Assembly: GCA_016188245.1 (NCBI GenBank)
Contig: JACPIE010000013.1
Location: 21,058-85,057, forward strand
Direction: 5' to 3'
Origin: Candidatus Woesearchaeota archaeon
Lineage (GTDB): Archaea; Nanobdellota; Nanobdellia; Woesearchaeales; GW2011-AR4
Length of the DNA stretch: 64,000 bases
The position numbers were made by a program, and so were the translations under genes. Below, in pieces: positions 1 to 10,063 of this stretch. The notes below the pieces were generated by a model. That model saw only the letters and a list, made by a program, of their open reading frames with translations. It was not told where the DNA came from and ran no database searches. Every line of letters begins with the position of its first letter. Positions within the stretch are counted from its first letter, which is position 1.

Positions 1-347
1 GCAACCATCTGCCCAGGCCCGACTTCGGCATTGACTTCCCCAACAACTCCTTTAGCCCTGCCCTTGTAGATATAAACAAAATGGTTTTCTTTTGGATGCA
101 TATGCATCGGTATCTTATCGTCAATTCTTAGCAGTTCAACGCTTCCGGTTTCAGCCTCTGCAAGAACGGAATATTTGAAATAATCAGTTTCAATATCCAG
201 CTGCCCGAGCTTTTTCGGAACGTCAAAAACATTGGACTGCAATGGAACTTTGGTAAGAGACCTTAAATCGCCCGGAAGAATATAGCCGACAACAATCCCG
301 GCAATAAAGAGAAGCCCAAAAATGAGCTGCATTGTCTTTTTTTTCAT
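1..347 (-). CDS. Membrane-anchored cupin-domain protein (3' end beyond window)
   Basis: Manual translation from ATG at 347 gives MKKKTMQLIFGLLFIAGIVVG... (N-terminal TM), then IPMHMHPKENHFVYIYKG...VGPGQMV, a cupin metal motif. Not in the ORF track. Confidence 0.75.
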   Translation of the reverse strand, partial: MKKKTMQLIFGLLFIAGIVVGYILPGDLRSLTKVPLQSNVFDVPKKLGQLDIETDYFKYSVLAEAETGSVELLRIDDKIPMHMHPKENHFVYIYKGRAKGVVGEVNAEVGPGQMV

Positions 348-482
348 ATTGCATGTTTCCTTCGGCACAGTTATATAAATACTTTTTGGTAGTGATTAAG
401 AAATTTTACTACTGGAGAAAACAACAAGTATCATGCCGAAAACCATAACTTTTTAAAAATTAGAGAAATTTCCATAACTGAG

Positions 483-1328
483 ATGCAGCAATACCTTGAT
501 GCTTTAAAGCATGTGCTGGATAATGGAACTGACAGACAGAGCAGGACAGGCATATCGACAAGAGCGGTTTTTGGCATGCAGATGAGATTTAATACGGAAA
601 ATGGCTTTCCGGCCATGACTACAAAAAAACTGCCCTGGAAAAGCGTTGCAAGCGAGCTTTTGTGGTTCATAGAGGGCTCAGATGACGAGAGAAGACTGGC
701 TGAAATTCTTTATGGCACAAGGGATTCTGGCAAGGCAACAATATGGGCTGCAAATGCCAAAGCCGATTATTGGAAGCCAAAGGCGAAATTTGAAGGCGAC
801 CTGGGAAGGATTTATGGGGTGCAGTGGCGAAAATGGAAGTCTCCTGAAGGAAAAGAGATTGACCAGCTTGCAAGCGCCATAAAGCTGATCAAGGAAGACC
901 CGGCAAGCAGGAGGATCATTGTCAATGCATGGAATCCAGGCGAGATTGAGCAGATGGCATTGCCGCCATGCCATACTTTTTTTCAATTTTTCGTTGCAGA
1001 TGAAAAATTGTCATTGCAGATGTACCAAAGAAGCTGCGACATGTTCCTTGGAGTGCCTTTCAACATTGCATCTTACTCTTTATTGCTGCATATTGTGGCT
1101 CAGGTTACGGGCTTAAAGCCGGGAGAATTTGTGCATACTTTAGGGGATGCGCATATCTATCATAACCATTTTGGGCAGGTCAAGGAGCAATTGTCAAGGA
1201 AGCCATTTCCGCTGCCAAGCTTATGGCTGAACCCAGACATCAGGAATATTGATGATTTCAAGATGGAAGACATTAAGCTGGAAAATTACCAGTTCCATCC
1301 TGCGATAAAGGCAGAGATGGCTGTTTGA
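483..1328 (+). CDS. thyA: Thymidylate synthase (ThyA)
   Basis: DLGRIYGVQWR, SRRIIVNAWN, MALPPCH (catalytic Cys), QRSCDMFLGVPFN, GDAHIY motifs. Confidence 0.97.
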   Translation: MQQYLDALKHVLDNGTDRQSRTGISTRAVFGMQMRFNTENGFPAMTTKKLPWKSVASELLWFIEGSDDERRLAEILYGTRDSGKATIWAANAKADYWKPKAKFEGDLGRIYGVQWRKWKSPEGKEIDQLASAIKLIKEDPASRRIIVNAWNPGEIEQMALPPCHTFFQFFVADEKLSLQMYQRSCDMFLGVPFNIASYSLLLHIVAQVTGLKPGEFVHTLGDAHIYHNHFGQVKEQLSRKPFPLPSLWLNPDIRNIDDFKMEDIKLENYQFHPAIKAEMAV

Positions 1329-1364
1329 AGATAAGTTTTTTAATGTTCAGTATTGGTTGTGATA

Positions 1365-1976
1365 ATGCCAAATAAAAATTCTGAGCTTGTGAGGGAAGGG
1401 TACAACAAAATAGCGGAAAAATACAACAAGCAAAGAAAAATCTACCAAAGCAAGCCTTTATTATTGAAGTTTCTGAAATACATTCCTAAAAATGCCAAAG
1501 TGCTGGATTTAGGGTGCGGAACGGGAATTTCTGTTGCAAAGTTTCTTCGTAAAAAAAGCTGCAAAATCACTGGAATTGATTTTTCTGAAGGAATGCTGAA
1601 ATTGGCGAGAAAAAATGTTCCGAAAGCAAAATTCATTAAAATGGATATAACAAAAATGAGATTCACGGAAAATTCATTTGGCGCAGCTGTTTCCTTTTAT
1701 GCAATAATCCACATACCGAGAAAGTTTCATAAAAATATTTACAAAAATCTCCATAGAATACTGAAGAAAGATGGAATACTTCTTGCAAATGCAAGCGGCA
1801 CATGCACCTGGGAAGAAACTGCAAAAGATTATCTTGGCGCTCCAATGTTTTGGAGTTTTTTCAGCCCTGAAAAAACCTTAAAAATCATTAAGGATGCCTG
1901 CTTTGTTATTTTATGGAGCAAAGTATTAAAAATCGGCAATGAAAAACAGTTCTGGGTTTTGGCAAAAAACAAATAA
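1365..1976 (+). CDS. Class I SAM-dependent methyltransferase
   Basis: VLDLGCGTG motif I, GIDFS, FYAIIH; ATG at 1365 chosen over upstream TTG. Confidence 0.85.
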   Translation: MPNKNSELVREGYNKIAEKYNKQRKIYQSKPLLLKFLKYIPKNAKVLDLGCGTGISVAKFLRKKSCKITGIDFSEGMLKLARKNVPKAKFIKMDITKMRFTENSFGAAVSFYAIIHIPRKFHKNIYKNLHRILKKDGILLANASGTCTWEETAKDYLGAPMFWSFFSPEKTLKIIKDACFVILWSKVLKIGNEKQFWVLAKNK

Positions 1977-1978
1977 AA

Positions 1979-2458
1979 ATGAAAATATCCCTAATAGCTG
2001 CAATGGGCAGAAATCGCGTCATTGGAAAAGACAGCTCGCTGCCATGGAAGCTGCCGGAAGACATGAAAAGGTTCAAGGAGCTTACTTTAAACAAGCCTGT
2101 CGTGATGGGCAGGAAAACATTTGAATCAATAGGGAAGCCTTTGCCGAACAGGAAAAACATAATTTTGACAAAGGATAAAAATTACAAAAAAGAGGGATGC
2201 ATTGTCGTGCATTCGGCTGAAGAAGCATTAAACGCAGCCAAAGAAAACGAAGAAATAATGGTTATCGGCGGCGGGCAGGTTTTCAAAGAATTTCTTCCGA
2301 TGGCAGACAGGATGTACCTTACATTCATAGACGAAGATTTTGAAGGCGATTCTTATTTTCCGGAATACGATAAAGAAGAGTGGAAAGAAGCAAAAGGGGA
2401 AGAGCATCAAAATGAAAAATATAAATTTGCTTTTGTTGATTTGGAGAGAATTCAATAA
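1979..2458 (+). CDS. folA: Dihydrofolate reductase
   Basis: IAAMGRNRVIG, LPWKLPEDM, MGRKTFESIGKPLPNRKN, VIGGGQVF, GDSYFP. Confidence 0.96.
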   Translation: MKISLIAAMGRNRVIGKDSSLPWKLPEDMKRFKELTLNKPVVMGRKTFESIGKPLPNRKNIILTKDKNYKKEGCIVVHSAEEALNAAKENEEIMVIGGGQVFKEFLPMADRMYLTFIDEDFEGDSYFPEYDKEEWKEAKGEEHQNEKYKFAFVDLERIQ

Positions 2459-3333
2459 TCTGTTCTTTTTATTGATTCGGAAAGGGGCATTTTTTCAGCG
2501 CCGCCTTTTTTCTTAAACTCAACATTCATCTTGCTCAGCAAAGGCACTGCCATATTCCCGATTGCAAGCGCAAGCAATAAGCCTTGCGTTGTTGCCCTTA
2601 GCAGTATTGTCAAGGCTATTGCCACAGCAACTCCATAAACGACCCTGTTTTTGCCCGGGTTGGTTTTCGGCTCAATTAGCATGAACATTGCAAAAAAGTA
2701 CAGGATTCCGCCGTTTGCAACAGAATAGAATGCCTCTGCCAATGGCGACGGGTGCATTGGGCATTCCATGCGCATCATGCCGCATCTTGCCGGCTGGGAA
2801 ACATCAAGAAGAAGGCTTATCGCAAAATATGCCAGCAAAAAGCTGAGCACCAAGTCAAATCTTTTTAATTTCCATGCTATGAATGCGCCAAAAACCAAAA
2901 CTAAAATTAGGGGGGAAGCAATCCACCAAGATTCAAAAGCAGTGATTCCAAACAACGGCAATGCAGTTATCGAGATCAGCACTCCGAAATTTGCAGGGTT
3001 GAATATGTGCTTTTGCTGAAACTTGATTAAATGCTTTGACAGTATTGCGATTGCCCCTGCAATAGCATAAACATGCCATTGAAGATTCTGGGTCAATAAT
3101 CCTCCGATGAACAATCCGGAGATTAAGGCACTCTGCGGAAACTCAAATGCTTTGAATTTAAAATAAGTTATAGCAAAATCCAGCGTTGTTGTTGTGGCTA
3201 CTGCAATCAAAACAGGCAGCAAAGCCCTAATGCCAAAGCCATAGAAAAATGCGCTGACAAGATGCAAAACAACCAAAAAAACAGTCATATACTGGTAGAC
3301 TGTGAACCGGTTAAGAATTGGCTTTATATCCAT
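2452..3333 (-). CDS. RnfD/NqrB-like integral membrane protein (orphan)
   Basis: Multi-TM; SALISGL, LSKHLI..HIFNPANFG, FMLIEPKT motifs typical of the RnfD/NqrB family. Confidence 0.7.
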   Translation of the reverse strand: MDIKPILNRFTVYQYMTVFLVVLHLVSAFFYGFGIRALLPVLIAVATTTTLDFAITYFKFKAFEFPQSALISGLFIGGLLTQNLQWHVYAIAGAIAILSKHLIKFQQKHIFNPANFGVLISITALPLFGITAFESWWIASPLILVLVFGAFIAWKLKRFDLVLSFLLAYFAISLLLDVSQPARCGMMRMECPMHPSPLAEAFYSVANGGILYFFAMFMLIEPKTNPGKNRVVYGVAVAIALTILLRATTQGLLLALAIGNMAVPLLSKMNVEFKKKGGAEKMPLSESIKRTDY

Positions 3334-3539
3334 TATCCCCGCCTTTTTGCTGTTCTTCTGCTGCCGCCTGTTTTGTATTTTGAATAATTTCCCTTTGCCT
3401 TCTGGCTTGCTTTCTGCTCCGGAAAGACTTCATAAACTGCGCTTTCGTCAAAGCCGCAGCTGCTGCATTTAACAACCTTTATACCAAGATATCTTATTAG
3501 TTTAGCATTATCAGAACCGCACTTCGGGCATTTTGGCAT
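3333..3539 (-). CDS. Small zinc-ribbon protein
   Basis: CPKC...CSSC with basic tail; abuts the downstream gene. Confidence 0.65.
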   Translation of the reverse strand: MPKCPKCGSDNAKLIRYLGIKVVKCSSCGFDESAVYEVFPEQKASQKAKGNYSKYKTGGSRRTAKRRG

Positions 3540-3562
3540 TTAGAATTAAAGGAATACAAAGT

Positions 3563-3850
3563 TTAAATTATTTTCTCTCCGGTTTCCTTGTTTGTGATGT
3601 GAATGACATTGACAGGGCAGGAATCAGCAGCTTCCTTGTTTTCCTTGAAATTCTTTTCCTCGATGTCAAGCTCCTCCCATTCATCGTCTCTTTTTTTGCA
3701 CCCAACAATGTCGGATTTGCCGTCTTCGTGCATTGTCCAGAAATCAGGGGCGACAGCAGCGCATGCAGCACATCCTATGCAGTTCGGCCTATCGTGCTCT
3801 ACCTTGAATTTTTTTGCGCTTTCCTGCATAGTTTGCATTTCTTCAGTCAT
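3563..3850 (-). CDS. Single-cluster ferredoxin
   Basis: CIGCAACAAVAP...AADSCPVNVI. Confidence 0.9.
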   Translation of the reverse strand: MTEEMQTMQESAKKFKVEHDRPNCIGCAACAAVAPDFWTMHEDGKSDIVGCKKRDDEWEELDIEEKNFKENKEAADSCPVNVIHITNKETGEKII

Positions 3851-3859
3851 TTTTTAAAG

Positions 3860-3873
3860 TTAACAATTGTTAA
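3860..3873. promoter_or_regulatory. Perfect 14-bp palindrome TTAACAATTGTTAA, putative operator
   Basis: Lies between the TATA box and start of the ferredoxin gene; identical copy at 12808-12821. Confidence 0.65.
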
Positions 3874-3933
3874 GTATATAAAAGTTTTGGTATGGCATAG
3901 TTTAATACGGGTTATATTTAAGCTTTTTTGCAT

Positions 3934-4833
3934 TTATAAGTTTACAAGATACACTCCGATTAAGATTAAAATTACAGCGGCAGATTTAGCAAAAAGCGAT
4001 TTTTTGCTTATATCTTCCTTTATTATGCCCGGCAGGAAAATTGAAAAGCCCAAGGCAATGATGAAAACAAACACCGGCCACACTGCATTGCTCAACGCTG
4101 TAACCAATGATATGGGGCCTTTTGTTATGGCATAGCCAAGCAGTATGAATGCCGAGAAATCAATGGCCATCTTGAACAAAAGCAGCTTTTTTGCATTATT
4201 CCCTGCAGATTTGAATGTTTTAACAAAATCATTCCTGACAGAAGGGAGCAGCAGGACAAAAACTGCGCTGAAGCTTGCCAGCCTGAGCCACAGGAATGCG
4301 CTCCAAAAGCTTGTTACGCTGAATACGTGCTTTGAAGCTACAAGCGCAACAGCGATCAAAAATGTCGAAATTATCATCAATGAAACTGCCCTGCTTAGCC
4401 TGAAAGCTTTTCCTGACGGCTTGTAGGAAACAATTAAGCCGGCCATAATCCACATAAGAAAGCCTGCCAAATGGCTTCTTGTCAAAGATTCTCCCAAAAA
4501 TAAAAATGAGATTCCCAAAGTGAATATTGGAGTAAGCTGGTTAAGCACTATGATTTTTGAGATTTCCTCATATTCCACAGCCTTGTAATAAAAGGCGATT
4601 CCTGCGCTGAAGAATATGCCGTAAGCCATCACAATCAGGAAATCGGCTGGTCTTAGCGCTTCAAGGCCGGCAAAAGGCAATAAGAACAGCATAAATACAT
4701 TCATGAACCCGTTCAGGACAATGTAGACAAGGGGGTTTTGTATGTAGCCTTTTGAAATCACAATCTTGTCTATGATGGAAGTTGCAGACCAAACGGCGTA
4801 AGCCATCAGCACAAAATAAATCCAGCCTTCCAT
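3934..4833 (-). CDS. EamA/DMT family transporter
   Basis: About 10 TM in two repeats; LTPIFTLGISFLFLGE and GPISLVTAL...PVFVFI. Confidence 0.85.
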   Translation of the reverse strand: MEGWIYFVLMAYAVWSATSIIDKIVISKGYIQNPLVYIVLNGFMNVFMLFLLPFAGLEALRPADFLIVMAYGIFFSAGIAFYYKAVEYEEISKIIVLNQLTPIFTLGISFLFLGESLTRSHLAGFLMWIMAGLIVSYKPSGKAFRLSRAVSLMIISTFLIAVALVASKHVFSVTSFWSAFLWLRLASFSAVFVLLLPSVRNDFVKTFKSAGNNAKKLLLFKMAIDFSAFILLGYAITKGPISLVTALSNAVWPVFVFIIALGFSIFLPGIIKEDISKKSLFAKSAAVILILIGVYLVNL

Positions 4834-4834
4834 C

Positions 4835-5785
4835 TTAAAACACCAGGTTAATCATCCATGCAAACAAAACTGCAATTGGAGTTGCAGTCGCCAGATAAGC
4901 CAATGCGCACCTCTTTCCGAATTTGCCGTAAATCATCGAAATCTCTGTTATGTCTGTTGTCACCCCCACCATAAGTATGACAAAAACCACTCCAAGCGAA
5001 GCTCCAAGCAAATAAAGCTGGCCTCCCACGACAGCAAGCCCTTCTGAAGCCAATTCCAGTACTGCTGCGGCTGGAACTGCCGTAATGACCGGCAGGAATT
5101 TGCCTCCGTTGCCCAAGTATTTGATTACAAAATCAGATGGCAAAAATGCCTTCAGGGCAGCTGCAATCAGCAGCCCGATGAGTATATATCTTCCAATTTC
5201 CCTGAAAATCTGCCATGCATTTTTTGGAGTGCAATAAACTATCCTTCTGCTTAACTTCTCATTGTCATGGGCCATTCTCATCTTTTCGGCATCTACACAT
5301 TCAACGCACAAATTTTCCTCTATTTTTTTATGCCTTTTTGGGATTCCGGTTTCTATCAATCCCTTATTCTCAAGCTTTGACAGCATTAATCCTGAAATGA
5401 ATGCAGCGAGCAGAGAAAAAATAAGCAGGATTATTGTGTTTTTCATTCCTATAAATCCTGAGATAAGGAAAACATGCAGAAGGCCTCCCCACGGGGCAGC
5501 CAATAAAAATGTCAGGGCAGATGCTGTTGAAGCCCCCCTTTCCCTTAATGTTGAAGCTATCGGAATTGCGCCGCAGGAGCATACAGATATGAAAAGCCCG
5601 GAAATTGTAGCCCTTAGCAATGACTTCCAGTCGTTGCCGCCAAAGTACTTAAGCAGTTTTTTGGTTGAGACAAATTCCTGTATTAAAGCTGAAATAACCA
5701 AGCCGAGCAAGAAAAATGGGAGCAGGGTGATGGATAATCCGTATAATGAGCTGAAATAAGCTGTCAATAAGTTCTCCAATGGCAT
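4835..5785 (-). CDS. ArsP_1/DUF318-type permease
   Basis: PFFLLGLVISALIQ, SVCSCGAIP, ALTFLLAAP. Confidence 0.85.
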   Translation of the reverse strand: MPLENLLTAYFSSLYGLSITLLPFFLLGLVISALIQEFVSTKKLLKYFGGNDWKSLLRATISGLFISVCSCGAIPIASTLRERGASTASALTFLLAAPWGGLLHVFLISGFIGMKNTIILLIFSLLAAFISGLMLSKLENKGLIETGIPKRHKKIEENLCVECVDAEKMRMAHDNEKLSRRIVYCTPKNAWQIFREIGRYILIGLLIAAALKAFLPSDFVIKYLGNGGKFLPVITAVPAAAVLELASEGLAVVGGQLYLLGASLGVVFVILMVGVTTDITEISMIYGKFGKRCALAYLATATPIAVLFAWMINLVF

Positions 5786-5824
5786 TCAGGCAAAAGAATT
5801 AATGGTGTTTTTAAAGATTTGTTT

Positions 5825-6241
5825 TTACGCCCACACAGCCAAAATGCCGCCCATCAATACCAATGCAGCCAAGTAATGCAGCGTGTTTATCACATATAAT
5901 TTTACAGGCTTTCCTTCCCACAGCACAGTGCCGAACTGCACTGTTGCTACGAACCCGAGCCACAGCCAGGTGCCTGCAATCGCCCCGTCAACAAAAGTTG
6001 CTGCCCGAGTATAATCAACAAAATGCGCTAAAACATAAGACATGATTAATGTTGAGGCAAAGCCGCCAACCATGGACTGGACAGGAGTCATCTTCATCTC
6101 CTTCATGCTCTTGTCGGTAATGCCCATCAGCTTTTTCCACTGGCTGCCAAACAGCGGGCCGTACCATAAGAATCCAAGAGCCATAGATGCAGCTGCAGCA
6201 GCCAAAACTGCAAGATAATTCACATTGACAACAGGTGCCAT
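5825..6241 (-). CDS. DUF1761-like 4-TM membrane protein
   Basis: NYLAVLAAA..GFLWYGPLFG..W, LWEGKP..LYVIN. Confidence 0.8.
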   Translation of the reverse strand: MAPVVNVNYLAVLAAAAASMALGFLWYGPLFGSQWKKLMGITDKSMKEMKMTPVQSMVGGFASTLIMSYVLAHFVDYTRAATFVDGAIAGTWLWLGFVATVQFGTVLWEGKPVKLYVINTLHYLAALVLMGGILAVWA

Positions 6242-6309
6242 ATAATTGATTTGGAATTTGATTTATTTAAATATTGCGGTTTGCGGCAAAGCCCTGTGTT
6301 TAAATTTTT

Positions 6310-7842
6310 TCAATGCTTAAACAACCTTATTCCAGTAACAACCATTGCAATATTATTTTCGTCTGCAGCCTGGATTACTTCATTGTCTCTTATCGAGCCG
6401 CCAGGGTGTATTATCGCCGCCACTCCGCCTTTTGCAGCCTCGTCAACTCCGTCCCTGAATGGAAAGAAAGCATCGGAGCTCATAACCGAGCCTTGGCTTT
6501 TTCCTTCCGATTTCATTACAGCAAGCTTGACGGCATCCACCCTTGACATCTGGCCTGCTCCGATACCGACTGTCACATTGCCTTTTGCCAAAACAATTGA
6601 ATTTGACTTGACATGCTTGTTTACCTTCCATGCAAATACCATCGCATTAGTCTCCTCTTTTGTCGGCTTTCTTTTTGATACGACCTTCAGGCTTTTTCTG
6701 CTTATGCCGTGCTGCTGCCTTGTCTGCATTAGCATACCGCCTGCAACTCTTCTCATGTCAAAGCTTTTGTAATCTCGTATTATGCGGCCAGTTTCCATCA
6801 GCCTGAGGTTTTTCTTTTCCTTCAAAATTCCAAGCGCTTCTTTGTCAAATTTGGGGCAGATGATAAGCTCGACAAATAATGCCTTCATCATTTTTGCAAT
6901 TTCCGCATTGCAGTTCCTGTTAAGCGCAACAACTCCGCCAAATGCCGATTTTGAGTCTGTTTCATAGGCTTTCTTGTAGGCATCCTCTATTTTTGGTGCC
7001 GATGCGACACCGCTTGGGTTGGTGTGCTTGATGACTGCAGATGTAGGCTCGTCAAATTCCTTGACAAGCTCGAATGCGTCGTTCGCATCAAGGATGTTGT
7101 TGTAAGACAGTTCTTTTCCCTGAAGCTGTGCCGCATTGCTCACGCAGGTTTCCGGCACTAAAAAAGATTTGTAAAAGGCTGCTTTCTGGTCCGGATTCTC
7201 CCCATATCGCAAGTCCTGTATTTTCTTGAAAGTAAAATTGTATATGCCGGGAAAATTCTGCCCCTGAAATTCATTTGAAAAATACCTGCCTATAATCACG
7301 TCATATCTTGCAACTTCCAAAAATGCCTTTGCAGCCAATTCTTTTCTGAATTTTTCATCAATTTTTCTGCCTTTGATTTTTTCAATTACGTTTCCATAGT
7401 CATTGGGGTCTGTCACAATCAAGACATTCCTGAAATTTTTTGCTGCAGCCCTCACCAGGGAGGGGCCGCCTATGTCTATTTTTTCAATGATTTCCTTAAG
7501 CTTTGCGCCTTTCATGTAGGCTTCTTCGAAAGGGTAAAAGTTCACAACAACCATGTCAATTGGCTCAATTCCTGATTGTTTAAGCTCTTTAATGTGTTTG
7601 CCGTTTTTTCTATCGGCGAGAATTCCTGCAAAAATGTTCGGGTGCAATGACTTGACCCTGCCGTCAAGCATTTCTGGAAATTTGGTTATTTCTGAAACCA
7701 GCGCGGCCTTGATTTTGCCATGCTGCAATAATTTTGCTGTTTTGCCTGTCGAGATTATTTTGATTCCCAGTCTTGACAATTCTCTTGCAAAGCTTTCAAT
7801 TCCCCCCTTGTCAGAAACCGATATAATTGCTGTTTTAATCAT
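6310..7842 (-). CDS. purH: Bifunctional AICAR transformylase/IMP cyclohydrolase
   Basis: ISVSDK, STGKTA, GRVKSLHP, IDIGGP, LRYGENP, KHTNPSG, SDAFFPF; start reassigned to MIKTAIISV at 7842. Confidence 0.96.
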   Translation of the reverse strand: MIKTAIISVSDKGGIESFARELSRLGIKIISTGKTAKLLQHGKIKAALVSEITKFPEMLDGRVKSLHPNIFAGILADRKNGKHIKELKQSGIEPIDMVVVNFYPFEEAYMKGAKLKEIIEKIDIGGPSLVRAAAKNFRNVLIVTDPNDYGNVIEKIKGRKIDEKFRKELAAKAFLEVARYDVIIGRYFSNEFQGQNFPGIYNFTFKKIQDLRYGENPDQKAAFYKSFLVPETCVSNAAQLQGKELSYNNILDANDAFELVKEFDEPTSAVIKHTNPSGVASAPKIEDAYKKAYETDSKSAFGGVVALNRNCNAEIAKMMKALFVELIICPKFDKEALGILKEKKNLRLMETGRIIRDYKSFDMRRVAGGMLMQTRQQHGISRKSLKVVSKRKPTKEETNAMVFAWKVNKHVKSNSIVLAKGNVTVGIGAGQMSRVDAVKLAVMKSEGKSQGSVMSSDAFFPFRDGVDEAAKGGVAAIIHPGGSIRDNEVIQAADENNIAMVVTGIRLFKH

Positions 7843-8230
7843 TTTTAATATTTTCCGCGATTGCTTTGGATGTTTTCGCCAGCTTGTCCATGCTTTTCTT
7901 ATGCAGCTTTCTGGTGTAATGGTACCCTTTTTTAGGCAGTTTTTTTGTGTATTCATAAGTGTCTTTGGCGGTTTTTTTGACATGGTGGTGTATTCTTTGA
8001 TGCATAAGCTTCACCGTCTCCCAGCCTACCATAAAAATGCCGATAAAAAGCAGAACCCAGCTAAACGCCCAAATTGAAAGCCCGGTTATTAATCCTATCG
8101 GCTCATAAAATTTTGCAATAGATATTATCTTTCCATAAAATCCGATTATTATGCTTAACAAAACAAGTATAAACCCTGTCAAGAGCTTCCTGTCTTTCCA
8201 CAATTCCTTTGACAGTTTTGCATAAGTCAT
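7835..8230 (-). CDS. Hypothetical 2-TM membrane protein
   Basis: Overlaps both purN and purH ends in operon fashion; two hydrophobic helices. Confidence 0.65.
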   Translation of the reverse strand: MTYAKLSKELWKDRKLLTGFILVLLSIIIGFYGKIISIAKFYEPIGLITGLSIWAFSWVLLFIGIFMVGWETVKLMHQRIHHHVKKTAKDTYEYTKKLPKKGYHYTRKLHKKSMDKLAKTSKAIAENIKND

Positions 8231-8835
8231 TTTATTATCACTTTGCTGCCCTTGACTTTTATTTTTCCCTTTTCAAACAGGTTTATCGCCTTGACAATTA
8301 TGTCCTGCTCCGCTTTCTGGACTTTTGCCTTCAATGAGCCGGCAGTCTCGTTTTTTTCTATCCTGACTTCCTTTTGCAGTATTATTGGGCCTGTGTCTGC
8401 CCCTTCATCAACAAAGTGAAGCGTTGCTCCTGTTGTTTTTTCATTGTTTTTTAGCACTTCCGCATGAACATCAATGTCCATTCCGCCTGCATACTCGGGC
8501 AACAGGCTCGGATGGATGTTTATTATCCTGTTCCGGTACTTGTTTACGAACCAAGGGCTTAGGAATCTCATGTAGCCTATCAGTAATGTTAGATCAACTT
8601 TGTTTTCATCAAGAATTCCTGCAATCTCCTTGTCATATCCTTCTCTGGTTTTGCCTTTTGGCTCAAGAAAAACGGCATTTATGCCATGGTTTTTTGCCCT
8701 TTCAAGGGCATAGGCATCTTTTTTGTTGCTTATGACAACTGAAATAAAGGCATTTAGCTTTTTGGAGATTATAGCATCAATTATGGCCTGCAAATCTGTG
8801 CCTTTTGTAGATGCTAAAATTCCTAAACGAAGCAT
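8227..8835 (-). CDS. purN: Phosphoribosylglycinamide formyltransferase
   Basis: GTDLQAII, GYMRFLS, INIHPSLLP, GATLHFVD..DTGPII. Confidence 0.96.
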   Translation of the reverse strand: MLRLGILASTKGTDLQAIIDAIISKKLNAFISVVISNKKDAYALERAKNHGINAVFLEPKGKTREGYDKEIAGILDENKVDLTLLIGYMRFLSPWFVNKYRNRIINIHPSLLPEYAGGMDIDVHAEVLKNNEKTTGATLHFVDEGADTGPIILQKEVRIEKNETAGSLKAKVQKAEQDIIVKAINLFEKGKIKVKGSKVIIK

Positions 8836-8959
8836 TCAGTACCCCCATTAAAAAATGCAATAAATCGTTGTATTTAAAGCTTTAGGTTTTAAAATTAAGT
8901 TGTTTGCCATATGGAAATTAATTTGGAGCGGAGGGAATTTTATTATTCGCTGCGCCCGC

Positions 8960-10063
8960 TCATCCAAAAGTAAACGTATAAATCTTGAACCCTTTTCCGA
9001 AAACATCCATCTGGATAATTTTTTCATCATAGTCCTTGCCGGAAACAATGTTGTAAAGCCTGAATTCTCCGGCTTTTGACATGCTCTTGTTTCCTTCAAT
9101 TGCAATGTCCATCCCCTCATTTTCTTTGTCCAAATATTGGTTGTTCAGGAACACAAATATGGTTGAGTTGCTTTCAGAGCCTGCCACAATGTTCACATCT
9201 TTTGCCTTAAAAATAAGAAGGATGGAGCCGTCATCGCTTATGAGTTCCATATTGTCAGCATTGTATTTCCACGCCCCGTCAAGATAAGCAAAATTCCTGA
9301 AAGGCCTTGCGGGAAATTTGAAATCAACAATTTCATTTGGCTTTAAGCCCTGGTAGCCCAGATTGCCCCTGTCGAATTGGTAGCCAAAGTAGAGCTCCGG
9401 AGTCCCGATATCTTGTGGGCTTAAATTCATCATGCCGCTTGGATGCGTCATATCCACATCAATTCTGCCTTTTTGGTTTAGCCTCCCCATCCTTTCGTGC
9501 AGCAGAGTCTGTATCATTTTTTCAGTTTCCTCATAATTGCCTTCTCCGATATGGTCATATCTGATGTAGCCGTCTATGTCAATCAGGTACTTGTGCGGCC
9601 AATACCTGTTTTGGTAAAGGTTCCATGTGACATAATTGTTGTCCTGGGCGACTGCATACTTCAGCTTGTAGTCATTGACTGCTTTCAGGACATTTTCGTA
9701 TTTTTTCTCAAATCCGAATTCAGGGGTATGGACTCCCACAATTGTCAGCCCTTTGTCACTGTACTTCTTGTCCCAGTCTTTCAGGTAAGGCAGAGTCCTG
9801 ATGCAGTTGATGCAGGTGTAAGTCCAGAAGTCTACCAGCACAACTTTTCCCCTTAGTTGCGCGATGTTCAGTGGCTCGGAATTTATCCATCGGTCTATGC
9901 CTGCAAAATCAGGCGCTCTTGGGTATTTTGATTCATTTTCAGGCTGGTCCGGAATTTTGCCTGTTTTTGGCTTTTGGGATTCTATATAGAGGATGGATGC
10001 AATTACAAATATTACAACAATCAGTGCCAAAAATGGCCTTTGGATAAAATTTGGGGACTTCAT
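8960..10063 (-). CDS. Membrane-anchored redoxin with DipZ-like C-terminal domain
   Basis: LVDFWTYTCINC, GVHTPEF, NRYWP, GEGNY, TPELYFG, ends YTFTFG. Confidence 0.88.
   Translation of the reverse strand: MKSPNFIQRPFLALIVVIFVIASILYIESQKPKTGKIPDQPENESKYPRAPDFAGIDRWINSEPLNIAQLRGKVVLVDFWTYTCINCIRTLPYLKDWDKKYSDKGLTIVGVHTPEFGFEKKYENVLKAVNDYKLKYAVAQDNNYVTWNLYQNRYWPHKYLIDIDGYIRYDHIGEGNYEETEKMIQTLLHERMGRLNQKGRIDVDMTHPSGMMNLSPQDIGTPELYFGYQFDRGNLGYQGLKPNEIVDFKFPARPFRNFAYLDGAWKYNADNMELISDDGSILLIFKAKDVNIVAGSESNSTIFVFLNNQYLDKENEGMDIAIEGNKSMSKAGEFRLYNIVSGKDYDEKIIQMDVFGKGFKIYTFTFG

Noticed and set aside
7843..7983. N-terminal extensions of PurH (likewise FolE, FolB, racemase, translin, ATPase) in the ORF track
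   Set aside because: The extensions overlap upstream genes or promoters, and family homology starts at downstream ATGs.
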